Notes: a model not told the origin generated them from the letters alone. Shown: positions 11,240-24,775, counted from the stretch's first letter. The stretch is 64,000 bases of DNA from Azolla caroliniana (GCA_043228905.1 JBHGNT010000001.1:37279425-37343424); one strand, 5' to 3'. Made by a program: numbers and translations.

Positions 11240-13972
11240 TCAAGTTGGCACAAGTGCCTTATCATCGGCCAGGCATACAATCACAGCAACATAGATGACA
11301 AAAATAGAAAATGCCAACTCCAAGAAGAGCTTAGTAGATTGCTTCAGAAGATCAAAGACGATGGTTCTTCTAGATTTGTTGACGATCCTCATTGGTTTCG
11401 AATCAAGGTCCAATATATCTCTGTTCATGGAAATAACTGATCCGGCCTCAGTATAATGGGCAGGATTTGAACTCTTGGAATAACAGCTACTGTGAATCAC
11501 TTTGGAAGGAGTTGATTTGAACTTACTAGAACCTTCCTCATCAGAACAATCAGAAGACCTGATCAGTAGATCATGCGAGTCAAGCTCACCATTGGTGTTG
11601 TCATCAAAATACCTCGGTGACTTAACTCGAAAATTGTTACCCTCATCAGAATACGTTCTTGCAAAACTACTTCCAGGGGATAAATTGGATGCTTGTGACT
11701 TAATAGAAACCATCATATCATACATAGTCTGACAATCAAAATCTAATGCTCCATTGTTAAGTGGAGATAAATTTGATACTTGTGAAACAGTTTCCATCGT
11801 TGAATAATCATAGCCACTTGAAATTGGACTTTCTTGTAATGTCTCACCTAAGGGATTAAAATCAGAATCGCCTGAGGGATCAAAATCAAAATCCAAGGAG
11901 CCCTCTTGTTCCCAATGAGAACATAGAGAGTTTTCATCTTGCTGTACCTGATCCTTCAGAGTGGAAAGCAAGTCTTCCTCAGAAATTTGCTTGTTCACCT
12001 GCAAATGCAGGATGATATATTGAAATCCTGACAGATTTCTTTGTTCACTTTTGTATTTATATTTGTTCCCAGGATCTAGCCTCATTATGTCTTGAGAAAA
12101 CAATCCTTAAACCAGTACTACAACACTTTGCACTTTTATGATATATTCCCAGGGCCCAGCATCATTATGAGCTGAAAATATAATCTTTCAACCAGTCCTA
12201 TGACTCATACCAGACTTTCTAAAAGATGTAATTATGCTCTAATATAATAATCTAAACATATATAGATAAATACAAGGTTTGGAAACTACAAATATGGATT
12301 TCATGACAAGAATAATCTAAACATATATAGGTAAATACAAGGTTTGGAAACTACAAATATGGATGTCAATTACATGAACTTAACAGAACTAGCCTAAATA
12401 GTTCATGTATGTTCGGTTTCATTGTTATTAGTGGCATATATTTACCACACGTAGGTTCTAAGTGTACAAGAAAGGAAATTAATTAAGTCCATAATAACAC
12501 AAACTTAGCTGCACTTTCAGAGTATTCCAGTCAGCCATAAAAGTTCTGTAATATGTTTTGCAATTGAAAAAAACTTAATTAATCCTATCAAACTGTATGT
12601 GTATGTATATATGCATATGACATACCTGAAGAGATCCATCCTCAAAACTGATAATGCTTTCACGATCATCTTCTGGATGATAGGGCTTCTCATCCTTCAT
12701 AGAGGCCATGGAATCTTTTGATAGAGTGAAGAGTTGGCCATCCTTTGGGTCATTTTCATCATCATTGCTTTGCATAAAGGATCTTCCTGCTGTAGAGAGA
12801 AAAAAATCATCTTCTTCATGGGGACAACCACCTATGGTAAAATCCAATCCACTGCCAGTTATGGGTGATAAGGACAAGAGAGGGACTTGAGCTTGAGAAT
12901 TCAAGATGTTTCTTAATGAACTTCTGTTCTTATTTGTGGAATGTATTGTTGAGAATCCATGAGAATGCCCTCCTGTCTTATTACCTGAAGGAGGAGGAAG
13001 GTTTTCTTTATCGTAAATAGGTTTCTGTGCAGTAAACTTTTGCAAAGGAAGATTTTTCGTATCTTGTTGCAGAGTACGGAAGCTGGAATCCAGGGAAAGC
13101 TGAGGAAAGTTGTGTTTCTGAGAGGGATGAAGAACCAATGGTTTAGCTATGGAAGGGCAGAAGCTTCTCCTTGATGAAGCAAATCCATCTCTCCTATGTC
13201 CTTCCAAAACACCAAAGATGGGGCTAAGATCAAGATCTAACAGGTCTGCATCCACGACTTTAAGGATACTCTCTAAAAGCTCTGCAGCAATCTTTCGTGT
13301 TCTCCTCGAAGAAGAAGAAGAAGAAGAAAACTGCAGGATTTCCATGCCGACACTGAGCAATCGAGTGCCATAGCCTTGGATAACAACATTGCTGCTGAAT
13401 TCAGCAAGGGATCGGAGCAGGGAAATGAGAGAGACAGAATGAGATCGAACCCAGTGGCGGTCTCGATTATCAGCAGCATGAGCAGAAAAGGCTGAAATAG
13501 CTCTGGAACAGACAAGTTCTTGAAGATCGAGAGGAGCGAAGAAACGCCATGGATCTGATTCCACCAGAGTTTTCAAGCAAGTAGCTGAACCAGAAGAAAG
13601 GTTGAGATTCTCACAGGAAAGAGAAGGAATAAGAGGTATGCAGAGAGATCGGAGAGTTTCTTCGTTCAAGGAAGGATCCTGGGAAAGGTCGATGATATGA
13701 ACAGCGAGAGAGACGACGACATCAGAGCAAGCGGAGTGAAGTCGAGGAGAACAGGAGAGCGAGGCCATGACAGAAGACATGATGCGAGGGAGGTGAGGGA
13801 TCATGTCTTGTTTGTGAAGCTTAGCGAGGTTACTGTAAACATGGATGGCGAGATCCTTTGATGGGGAGCAGCTTACGTGGGCATCGCCGCCATAGCTGAC
13901 ATGGTGATCATGATCATGATCATGATCATAGGCAAGCCCATCTTCTTCTAAATGCGGAGGAGGAGGAGGCAT
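11240..13972 (-). CDS. SINE1: SINE1/SINE2-like outer nuclear envelope KASH protein (N-terminal ARM/HEAT repeats, C-terminal TM + LVPT), about 701 aa
   Basis: Two exons, 13972-12626 and 11998-11240, joined in phase 0 (CAG|GTATG...GCAG|GTG). The helical N-terminus has HLPRIMSSVMASLSCSPRLHSACS and GSATCLKTLVESDPWRF. The C-terminus is a TM helix (LFLELAFSIFVIYVAVIVCL) followed by ADDKALVPT*, the plant KASH xVPT signature. Confidence 0.85.
12247..12364. repeat. Intronic direct repeat of about 53 bp, 2 copies
   Basis: ataatctaaacatatatag.taaatacaaggtttggaaactacaaatatggat at about 12247 and 12312. Confidence 0.9.
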
Positions 13973-14389
13973 TTGTCTTCCTGCGCTGCTTCTTTTTCGA
14001 TCGAGTGATCGCAGGAATTCCTTCGTCTTCGTCTTCGTCCAAATTTGAACTTTGGGATTATTAGTATTAGGGAGGGTTACAGAGGGAGAGGGGGGAATCG
14101 AAACGTTTGGAATTATGTAATTTGAAAAACAAGGCTGTGTGTGTGTGTTTGTGTCTCTGCTGCGTCAGACTTCTGCTTTCTCCTTCCCGTCCGTCCTTAC
14201 TCCTGACTCCGGAGTATGTACATATGTATATTGTGTAATGATTTCTTTCTTTCTTTTCCTTTATTATTAGGTCTCTGGGCTTCTTGGGGACTAACCATCT
14301 ATGTATGCATTATTGCATATATATATATATATATACACATATCCCCCAAGGAAAGGGATCTATCGTGTGTACGGGAGAGGAAGAACACA

Positions 14390-16250
14390 CGTGACACGCC
14401 CTCTCGTAAACTCCTTGATCTCGAAAGTCTACGACTAGAGAAAACCCGTTCCACAGCCCTCTTGTAAATTCCTCACTCTCAAAAGCCTATGGTAAACGCA
14501 ATGCAGAGCAAGCGAGTGAGAACTCGAGATAAGGATGCATTGTGATCAATCCTAAAGGGAAGCAACAAATGTGGATCGACCTTCACGATGCATACTGTAC
14601 TTGATGATCCAAGCATGTAGTGTGGAGGACAAGTGAACCAATACGATAAGTCAAGAATACCCCTCCCTTCATCTCGCTAGAGTCACAAAATTCACTCATA
14701 CAAACTCTAGTTTTGACAACTTATCGTTACACATAGTATGAGTATATGCATTCATGTGAAAATAGAATTTGCTTGTGTACTAGAAGGCATTCACATAGTT
14801 ACTTTTCAAAACATTCCCCTAAGTTCTAGCCACCATGATTATAAATTTTCCGCTAAGCGCAATTGTCATAGAGAAAATCTATGAAGAATTCGAGGATAAG
14901 TGAAACCGATTCGAAAGAGCTTAATGTACATATTGTGCCAATGATATCGTGAGCTCAAATTATGGTCAAAGGTGAGGATGATGAGATGGTATGAGTTATA
15001 TTTGCATGAAACTACAAACAATGTGGCAATGGAGAGTGCCCTTGCTACTTGGACAACCCCCCCATGCAACAAGATCCCTTCCACAACCTCACAGTGACCC
15101 CATTCTAAATCATCAATCTTAACTAACAAGTCCAATCATACATGAGCTTCTGCATGCACGCATTTCCATTGAATCCCGCCTTCCAACCACAAACCATAAT
15201 GATGCCACTTAGATCACCCCCAAAGGCCTAGAACCACCCCTCAACAAATAACCTTGGTTTTCTATAACCCGTCATAACTACTATTATCAGAACAATGCCA
15301 CATAAACGTCCACAACCCTAATTGACCTTTGATTATCAAGGGGAACGACCAAATGGTATCTGCCATTGGAAAATGCAACATTATAAAGGCCTAACCTAAC
15401 ACAATCATCTTAGCAAACCCACCATTTAACCCTAGTGCAGTCTAGTTGGCTCTCACAAATTGTCAAGCCTCCATTTCACTTAACTAAATCCTCTTACTAC
15501 TACTATTACTGTAGTTAAATGAAATGTTCAACCATTCGCTCCATGGACCCTTAGAGGGCCATGCCTCCATCACCACCCATTCCTCCATCCCTTAGCACTC
15601 ATCAATCATTCGCCTAGTTTTCTCAATCAGTAGTCCTAATCAAATATATTTTTATCCATGCCAACAGTTGTCCATTCCACATTGATGTTGTGGGGTTCCG
15701 TCTCATCAAAATAGGTTCCTATCCACTACTACTGGACACAATTGGAAACAAAACTTGGTTAGATTGTGTCATGGGGATAGCAAGGTGAAACTCCATGTGA
15801 CAACGAAGCCCTCCACGATAAAATCCTCATTGTATTCTATTTGAAAAGCATACTGCTAATTGAAATCAACATTCTTTGTGTGGCCCAAGCCTATTGCTAT
15901 CCACAAACCATGGTCATAGTCATTAGATCCATCATTTGCATTTCTTGCTCAAGTGGATGTAGAATGTGAAGCACTAGAAAAAGGAAATGCAAACCTCCCA
16001 ACACGAGCAAGTGACAACATTTGAGGAACTCAAATCTCGAGATTGACATGACCCATGGACATCTCCAAGAATCTCACATTACCACTATACAAAGAACTAA
16101 TCGACTTGGTCAAGCATTACATGGACATGGCACACGATCATACCAAGATATGAACAAGATTGAATCCGAATTCTATTAGCACCACAATCACCTTAAGCGC
16201 ACCTCAACATTGGTATAAAAAGAAGTGTGTGGCGGTAACAAGGTGCTTTG
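14390..16250 (+). mobile_element. Possible heavily decayed Ty3/Gypsy gag-protease remnant
   Basis: No long ORF. About 15715-15746 translates as GSYPLLLDTIG / ..GHNW, resembling the SY.LLLGRPW motif after retrotransposon aspartic proteases. Boundaries are approximate. Confidence 0.3.
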
Positions 16251-17157
16251 ACGTGCATAAACGCTTAATAGCTTTGATGGGATGATAACGAAATACTTAT
16301 AATAGGTACATAGGTGTAAACAAATACACACAGGCGATTATCTCAGGCAGCCTCCCAATTAAAGGTTTATTTTTTCTTCTATTAAGGAAAACTTATGTGT
16401 CTGTTAAACCTATCCGTGTATGACCAATTAAAGTCAGATGCAGAGTCACTAATATTAATTCTCTTTACATTCATCCGCCTCGTTTCAGGAGCAGAGAACC
16501 TCATCATATTCGCCGTCGTCTCCTCGTTGACTGTTCCTCTATGGGTGTTTCTGAAGAGCTCCCTCCCTCACGGGTACGCCGTTTTTTCTTTTGTTTGCTA
16601 TATACCGGCATCCCTAGTAGTAGTTTATGGCTCTATAATCTGCTAGTTTTTTTAAAAAACGAAATTAGGATTAGAAAATGCACAGCTTTATTTTGTTTCC
16701 ACTTGCGAAGCACAAAGACCCCATTATGTAATGTAATTCTATATGTTTTTGCGTTTGGATATGAACGTATTCATATTATATGTATATATGTATGTATGTA
16801 TGTATGAATGAATGAATGTATGTGCATTGCTGTCTAAAGTAGGTTCTGCCAGTGTACACCCTTGAGAAGGATGGAAAAATGTATAACTTTACCTTGTTTC
16901 CACATACAGATGATATGTATGTATGTATATGCCCAAATTAGGTTCTGTCATAATAAGCTCTTGAAAAAGGAATGGGAAAGGATTAAAAATGCGCATGTAT
17001 ATATATGCATTGATATATGTATATAAGTTTATCTATCAATGTGTATACATACATCTTCACACATGTACGTACATATGTACCATATGTATCTCTGTGGGTA
17101 CAAACATGGCCAACTTTTATTCTGCTGGTGTAGGCTCTTGAAAGCAAAGGAGAAAGG

Positions 17158-20100
17158 ATGGAAAATTTCCCAGATTCTAGCAGTGAAAGCACTAGCAACG
17201 ACGATAGTGGCATTAACAGCAATAGCTCAAGGAGGAGGATGACGAAATGCATTGAAAAGAAGACCAAAAGGCGGAAAGGCTCACAATATGGATTTTCTTA
17301 TGACGTGGGAGCAAAAAGGAGATGTTGTGATACCTATTCAAACGTTAGAGTTGAAAGAAGACAACATAATAAGAAGAATGGCAATATCAAGAAAACCTGT
17401 GAAAGGCATAAGGAGAGACCTAGAAGTTCTCTTTCTAGTTGTTGCCATATATTGGCACAGCCTTGTGATGCTTCTGGTCAAGACCAATGCAAAAGGAAAA
17501 AGAGAAAGCGTCATATAAAAAATTTACAATCAAGAGAAACTAGTACTGATGAAGAGGTCTCAGTTTCTAGCTTGAATAGCAATTTGCCATCACAAAAAAC
17601 TAGTAGCGATGATGATGCCTCTAACAATATCATTGATTTTAGAAGTATGGCTTATGTTGTTTTTATAACCTCATGATATTTAAAAAGCGCCATTTCTCTA
17701 TAGGGTTATTATATCAAACTATGTGTTGGATCCATGATTTTGTTTTTGTGGTTTCATGTAGAGAATGTTCAATCAAGTGAGAATGCAACATGCATCCTCA
17801 CAAGTGATGTGGAGAATACAAAGTTCAATCAATGCATGCATGAAACTGAGGTTTTGAATCTATCAATGGAGCTTATGACAAAACCAAAGCTAACTGTTGA
17901 AGGCATCCTTCAAGATGACGTCAAGTTTGATTTGCCAACACAGACCAGTCACATGCATATGGAGACATCTTCTCCTGTAGGGCTAGAAGCTTTATCACGA
18001 TCATTTCCTCATAGTGAGTCAACAAAGAATACTTGCGATTCTTTGAATAATATGGAGATGAACCAAGAGGAAATGTTTAATAAAGTAGCCGCACCAATTA
18101 GTGGTTCCAAAGCACGTAAGAAGAGAATAGTTCATAAATCACCCTTTCATCATACACTTGGTGCACAAAATGAGAAGGAGAAATGTTCATCTCTTTTAAG
18201 AACATCACAACCCCCGTGCTGGGATGAAGATATATTGTGTGATTTGTGTCATCAAGGAACATCTTTGCTCTTGGGTGGGTGGTATTGTGTCTGTTGTGGA
18301 TCACAAGCTGCAAACTGCCAATGTTCCGAGCCAAATGAACATAGAGATGACACCATCAGTGGGAAGGTTCACAAAATGTGTGCCCTATGGTCTTCCGAGG
18401 TAAGAATTTCCTTGATGCACAATTATCAAACAACTTATACCATGGCATTTGTGTAATATCTTATTCTTCTCGATGCAGACATATATAGATAAAAAGGCTT
18501 CTATCCAAGGACTCTTGGCCGCAGTCAAGCAGGGAAAATTCTTGGTAGATCTACATCCTTATATTGTTTTTTAATGTTGATCATTTCCTTATACTTTTGC
18601 TAACTTGAGCTATTGCAACTACACCAATAAACAGAAATGTGTGAAATGCCAAAAGTATGGAGCCACTATAGTTTGTTGCGTAACCACATGCAGTCAGAGT
18701 TTCCATTATTCATGTGCTGATTTTCTGGCCAGTCGGCTTCGATGTGCCATGTGGAAAGAAAAGGAAAAAATGGTTTTGGCATGTGATCAACATCGTCTTG
18801 TTGCCAGGTTATCTCCGACAGATAGTGATGCACTGCTGAACCTGAAGAGGCAACTGAAAAGAGTACAAATCGAGTCTGGATCGAGTAAGGTGTTACTGTG
18901 GGTTAGTAGGAAGGCAGTATTATGGATTAGTCTGACCCTGTAATATCTTTTTAAAAAAAATAGGATTGTTAAGCCGCTGTATAGTACCTTTATTTTTTTT
19001 GGTAAAAACGTTTATGCGGTTTTCTATTGCACTTGGTTTGTAGGTCAGGTATCTCATGGAGGAATTTCATACAGCTTGCACCCTGTTTTTCCGCAGTCTG
19101 ATGATCTTTATGCAAGAAACAATGATATGTTGATAGAAATTCCGAGTGATAGTGAAGAAGAAGATAAAGTGTGTGAAGAACACATTTTACTGCAGCTGCT
19201 TTTTCTTTTTTCATCTAGTAAAGCAAATTTTCTGAAACGTGATTTGTTCTTGCATGTGATCTGTATTTGGAAAAGTTAACAAGAAATAGCTTACAGACAA
19301 ATGGAGAAGGTGATATCCCATATTGGCCAAAGCAAATGGGTGGTTTTATCCAGATGGATCCTACTGATCCAAGAGTTTCAGGGTAAGTTCTTTTATGATG
19401 AAGATGAAAAGAGGTATAGCAGAAGGAAACTCGAAGTTGAAGGATGGAATACACCGTCATATACAGATATTATCAAACTCTATTGCAAAATTCTCTTGAA
19501 GTTAAGAATAAGAAACTGGAATGGTGTGTTTATCTACATTGATAGCTACACTGTAACCTTTGACTCATGGAAGCAGGCATGGTGGAACTTTATACTGTAT
19601 TGGAGAAAATTTGTTATGCACAGACATTTCAAAAGGATGGGAACCTGTGCGTATACCTTGCACAAATGATATAGATTCAGCTCCAGCACCAGACATCAAC
19701 TACATAAATAAGAGCAGGTTAGTTATATCATAACTAAAGCTGGATGGATGATTTGTTCATCTATCAATGTGTTTTTAAATGTGTATGCATGTGTATGCAA
19801 CTTGTAAACAGGTGTCGGGCAAATGCCAAAGACTTCTATAAATCTCTCTGTTTGGTGAAAGAGAATATATCACAGCCTTGCAAAGGATGCAATTATCGTG
19901 ATGCAGATAATCCACAGAAAGAAGTTTCATCACATTTGAAATTGAAGGATTCACAACGTCATACAGATATGAGGGTTGATTGGCAAGGCCAACCTATATA
20001 TGGCCTAAACCCTTATGACCGATATGGTCGTCTTCAGGTATGAAAAACTGTATTGTTTTGTAGTGTGATTTTCTTCCCAAATCCTGGAGCAATTATTAAT

Positions 20101-21699
20101 CTTTGAGGCCAATATGTAGGTTGGACCTGAAATAGATATTGTTGAGTGCAATGATAGATGTCCATGTGAAGCAGAGTGTCTCAATAAAGAACTTCAAAAG
20201 GGGTTGAGATTTCATTTGGAGGTGTATAGGACTGAAAATCAGTCGTGGGCAGTTCGAAGTACAGAACAGATTGCGAGGTAATGAGTTTATAGAAAAGAAA
20301 CAATGTCCAATTAGTTGCCATAAATATGAGAACTTTTAATCAAATATCCCCTAAGCACTATAGTTATCAAATGATTTTGAGTGATCTATGCGTCACTATA
20401 TTTGTGCAAAAAATTTGAAGTCACATATCATTAAATTTGCGAATACAAAAAGTGGCAGTTTTGATGGCCAAGTTACCTTAAACCCCATAAAGAATGAATA
20501 AAGCTACCAAATTTATTTATATATTCTAAAATTTAAGAAGAGAAGTTTTAACGATTAGTTTTTCTTAAAGGATATAAATATTCATAGACATGCTAGAGGT
20601 ATTTTTGCAGGGGAAAGTTTGTGATAGAGTATGCTGGTGAAATTGTAACACATGAAAATGCCCATAAACTTCGTGGCGAGTATGATTTGGCAAAACTCAG
20701 GTATTTCAGGTTCTTCATTTGTTACTCTGTATCAATCATTCCAGAGAAAACTGTAGAGATTCTAATACCTGGGTGAATTTCTCCAGTTGTTTTGCAAGCA
20801 AGAGTCGTAATCTTCTCATGATTGATGGGCACAGAATGTCAAACATAGCACGCTTCATAAGCTGCAGGTTAGGCTCAAACAACGGTGTGAATTTATGTTC
20901 TATTTCAATAAAGATGCAGACATCCTAAGGTTCAAGCTCAAGGACCAAGGTTACAGAATTGCTAATGATTCAAGTCCAATATATAGGTCAATTTATATGT
21001 AACTGTTGTATCTATATGTAAATGAATAATGGTGCTAATGCTGGCGAAGAACATATTCTTCAGGATAAGTCTGTATTGGAAGTAATTATATTAGAGTTTC
21101 ACACTTGAGAGAACGGGGTATTTAATGTTACCATTTTCGCTGTATGCTTAATCAATGTGGCGATGTGTGTTTATATGATGATGTGATATTAAGTGGTTAG
21201 AGAAAAATATTTCATGTGCGAATTGTTTTGCAGTGCTCAAGGTAACTTGGGGATACACAGGGTTTACACTGAAACGGTTGATCCACGCTTCTATCGAATG
21301 GGACTTTATGCAACTCGAGACATTGAGATTGGGGAGCAATTGTTGTGCCGGATTTCTAATCCTCCCGACTGCAGACTGATGGGTATGAACTTCTTCCCAA
21401 TTAATCAGAAATTGGAAAAACTGATTTATATACTTTGTTATTATCTTATTTACAATGCAATCTAAGTAAGATGAAAGTTTAATTGCATTTTACGCCTCAC
21501 TGTTTGAATTAAACATTTCTGCTACTTACATGTTTCATGTGAAGTTCTACATTGACCTGATATGTGTGTTTTGCCAAGCTTTTACATTGTAGTGGGCGTT
21601 CCTTCCATACATATTAAACAAATGAAGGTAGAGGAACCCTATGCTCGTTTAGCTGATTTATCAGGCGTTCCTGTGCTGAAAAGTATGTGGAAGAAATAG
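17158..21699 (+). CDS. ePHD (zf-HC5HC2H) + pre-SET + SET protein, Su(var)3-9/SUVR-like, with degenerate catalytic motifs, about 867 aa
   Basis: Phase-consistent exons: 17158-17644, 17762-18399, 18479-18544, 18635-18884, 19044-19168, 19297-19382, 19577-19717, 19812-20037, 20120-20277, 20611-20700, 20787-20867, 21234-21382, and tentatively 21593-21699 (otherwise read-through to the stop at 21465). Motifs: HKMCALWSSE..KCVKCQKYGATIVC..CSQSFHYSCA..CDQH; DISKGWEPVRIPCTNDID; IVECNDRCPCEAECLNKELQKG; GKFVIEYAGEIV; IDGHRMSNIARFI; ATRDIEIGEQL. Confidence 0.88.
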
Positions 21700-22207
21700 G
21701 GAGGTCACGCCTGAGTGTTGAACTCAATGTAGTTCATAAATGTTAAATGTAAATTTTAATAATTGTAATCTCCAGGAAATCAGCATTTTCCCTTTGAAAA
21801 TCTCATCTACAAGTATCTTTAAATGATACATCTAATCTAACCTTGTGTATATCTACGAAGTTTATGAGATTAATCATCAATCTTGGTACACATATATCGT
21901 GCAAGAACTAGGAAACTGCTTAAGCTATGATCTTTTATTTGCTCCAGGTGTATGCTTCCCCCCTGCATCAAGGCAATCAGATGAACTGATGTATGTTGCA
22001 GAATGAATACAAGGTGACACTTGGTTCTACTTGTTTTGCTTAAATATCTATGTAGCATGTATTTATTCTAGCCAGATGTGTTATAACCTGTAAATCTCAA
22101 CAATCTTTAAATGTTTAGATGTGATGATAAATCAAAAACATTAACTAATGCACTTAATGTACAAATGTGGCAAAATCGTTCAATGTGTACATGATTAGAT
22201 TGACAAC

Positions 22208-22535
22208 TCTTTGGTGAGCTTTCATGGCGAGTCTTTTTTTTTTTTCTTGAGAGCATATTTTTGTGTTCATAATAACCAGTAAGTTTATGTAGATGAAATG
22301 CCTACTGTTAGCCCTTCACGAGGACTTGTCACATTCCTTTCTTTGGACGTAATGCTTTTTGTAATGATTAGAGGGACAAATCTTTGGTGAGTTCTCACGG
22401 TTTTCTTTTCTCGAGAGCATTTTTTTGTGTTTGCAATAACCAGGAAGTTTACCATAGATGAAATGCCCACTGTTAGCCATTCATGATAAGGGCTTCTCAC
22501 ATTGCTTTGTTTGCACATAATGTTTTTTTCATAAT
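22208..22535. repeat. Diverged tandem duplication, about 172-bp period
   Basis: tctttggtgag..gagagcat..taaccag.aagttta..tagatgaaatgcc.actgttagcc..tcacatt occurs at about 22208 and 22381. Confidence 0.85.
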
Positions 22536-23199
22536 TTCTTCAATGGTAGTTATATTCTAAGTTTACAAAAGATTAGTTAGTGCTCCTTCATGTGTGTGCA
22601 CACACATGCATTCTCAACCTTTGGAAGGTTGCACCTATATAAAAGCTAACCTCCCCCCAACCTCCCCCAAAAATAAAGGCATCGTTCACCCCATGAATTG
22701 ATTAATGCTTGCTTAATTCCTCTTTTTCTCTTGTCTAATCTTAGGGTTAAACATGTGAACATTTGTTTTTCCTTGTTTTCATACACCCACATTTTTGTAT
22801 TCATTCCCTCCTAATGCACAAGTCACCATTCTCATGCTACAACTTTCATATATGTATGTCACATGGATACCATGTTTTCTGATTTTTAGTTCATAATTTC
22901 AAGGAGATAATCCAAAAAGTTTGACTGAACCCCACCTCTCAACTAAATATTAGCCGAGTTTTATTAAGATAATTCTCTAGAATTCTCATCAGAATACACA
23001 CATAAAATATTAAATCATATGATGCATGTATATTGTAAATATATAAGGAGGTGCACATCTCATCAATCTACGAATACTTGTATGAAAGATGCTTTAAAGA
23101 AAATTGACTTTGCAAAATTGGATAGTGTGATGTCCATCTAGAATGTGTAGGGTTTTATTGCATGCATAAAATTGCCACCTTCTCAAGAAGCGTGTATGG

Positions 23200-24300
23200 C
23201 CAAAGAATGAGAGGTACATGTCTTTGAGTGCAAAAAGTTAGAATTACAATACATATTGGCACATCAAAAGAAGTTCCAAGCAAGTGCCATATGATGTTTG
23301 GACCTTCTTATATGCCTAATTCGCAAAACGTAACAAGGAAACATGAATTTCTTATATTTTTGCATCCCAAAGGTTTTGTAACACATCAAAATGAATTTCA
23401 CTCGTGCACTTATAGACAAAGTCAACAAGATCACATTGGTCTAGTTCCCTCATAGCCAATGGAAGGGTGAGGTACATCCACTCAGATAGTATGGGGAGGT
23501 CAAGTGATTGCGGCTATGTTGATCCGCTTGTTATCTTTTCTGGTTGGAACTATTCACACATGCAAAAAGCTTCGGAGCTTAAAATTCTTGGTTGAATTAA
23601 AGTTCAATATGCCAAGTTAGGATGATTTATTATTGCCAACCATGTTAACAACCCAAACAAACAGGTGTTCCACCCCAAAATTTCAATATCTAGAGCTTTT
23701 CTACGATCTCATGCAGGATGGTCTTGATTGGGTTGAAGTCCTATGCGCCACATGTTTTTTTTGTCCACTTGATTTATATTTCCCAACCTTTCGCAATCAA
23801 GATAAGCAAATTTTAGTCCCATGTTTGCAATATCTGACACCTTTTTGCCTCATCAACATGAACTTGTATACGAGCAAATCAAGTAATTACCTACACCACC
23901 TCCAGTAATTGCCTTGGACATATCAATGGGACATTAATATGGATTTCCATCTGTGCATTGCATTTAGCAATTTTCAGCATCCAACCCTTCTTAAGCAAAT
24001 CAACATGAACTAGTAACTATGAAGAACTAGATAAAGCAAGAGCTTGCCTTTCCCTTTTATGCATATGATACTTTCATCCCCCATAAGCAATGCTTTCCTA
24101 GGAACCCAAATAGTTGCCCACCCTCACTTTCCTTGTGGAGAATCCCAATCTTCTTTGCTGAACATGATTTCCACACAAGAGTATGAACCATGCCATATCA
24201 ACATATATCGCCCAATCCAATGCTTTTGAGCTACTTGAGCATAAGATTCCATGGAATCGAACAACATGTGCTCTCATCTATGTGTCTCCATCAAGCATGC
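23200..24300 (-). mobile_element. Possible decayed L1 LINE ORF2 fragment
   Basis: Minus-strand fragments near 23820 (W-KICLS..K.G, resembling W..IC.PK..GGLG) and 23950 (RWKSILMS, resembling W....LS..GR), broken by stops and frameshifts. Boundaries are approximate. Confidence 0.35.
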
Positions 24301-24497
24301 ATAACGGTGAAAAAGACTATGGAGACGGGGAGCTGTTTCTAAAACCCAAGCCAAGCCAACCCTTGGTAGGGTTAGCAAATAACATCATAGGCGCGTTTAG
24401 ATTATGTATATCATATATGTATGCATTGTATTGTATTGTATTGTATTGTATTGTATTGTAAGCACAGACCGAAGAAAGGGTTGGGGGAAGAAGGATG

Positions 24498-24724
24498 TGG
24501 GCCGTTGGATGGATAAGATCGGACGTCAAGGATAACACGTCAGCTCAGTGTATAAAGCCCCCCTCCCCCCCCCCCCCCCCCTTAGCAGATTCCCTCCCTC
24601 TCTCCCCCAACCCCCCCAACAAAAAAAAACTCCTCACTTTCCTTCTTTTTTCTCCATTCGAAGCTTCTGCCTGTCTGTCTGTCTCTCTCAAGCTACCATC
24701 ATCGTAGTCTCTCAGAAACCCTAA
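24498..24724 (+). promoter_or_regulatory. eIF5A promoter: site II element, TATA box and telo-box
   Basis: TGGGCC at 24498-24503, TATAAA at 24551-24556 and AAACCCTAA at 24716-24724. The site II plus telo-box pairing is typical of plant translation-machinery genes. Confidence 0.7.
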
Positions 24725-24775
24725 TTTCTTCCTCTCTTGCTTCCTTCCTTATTTTCTTCTTCTTCCTCTTTAAGC

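Noticed and set aside
19301-19669. 122-aa ORF as a separate gene
   Set aside because: It is an off-frame reading across exons 6-7 and an intron of the ePHD-SET gene.
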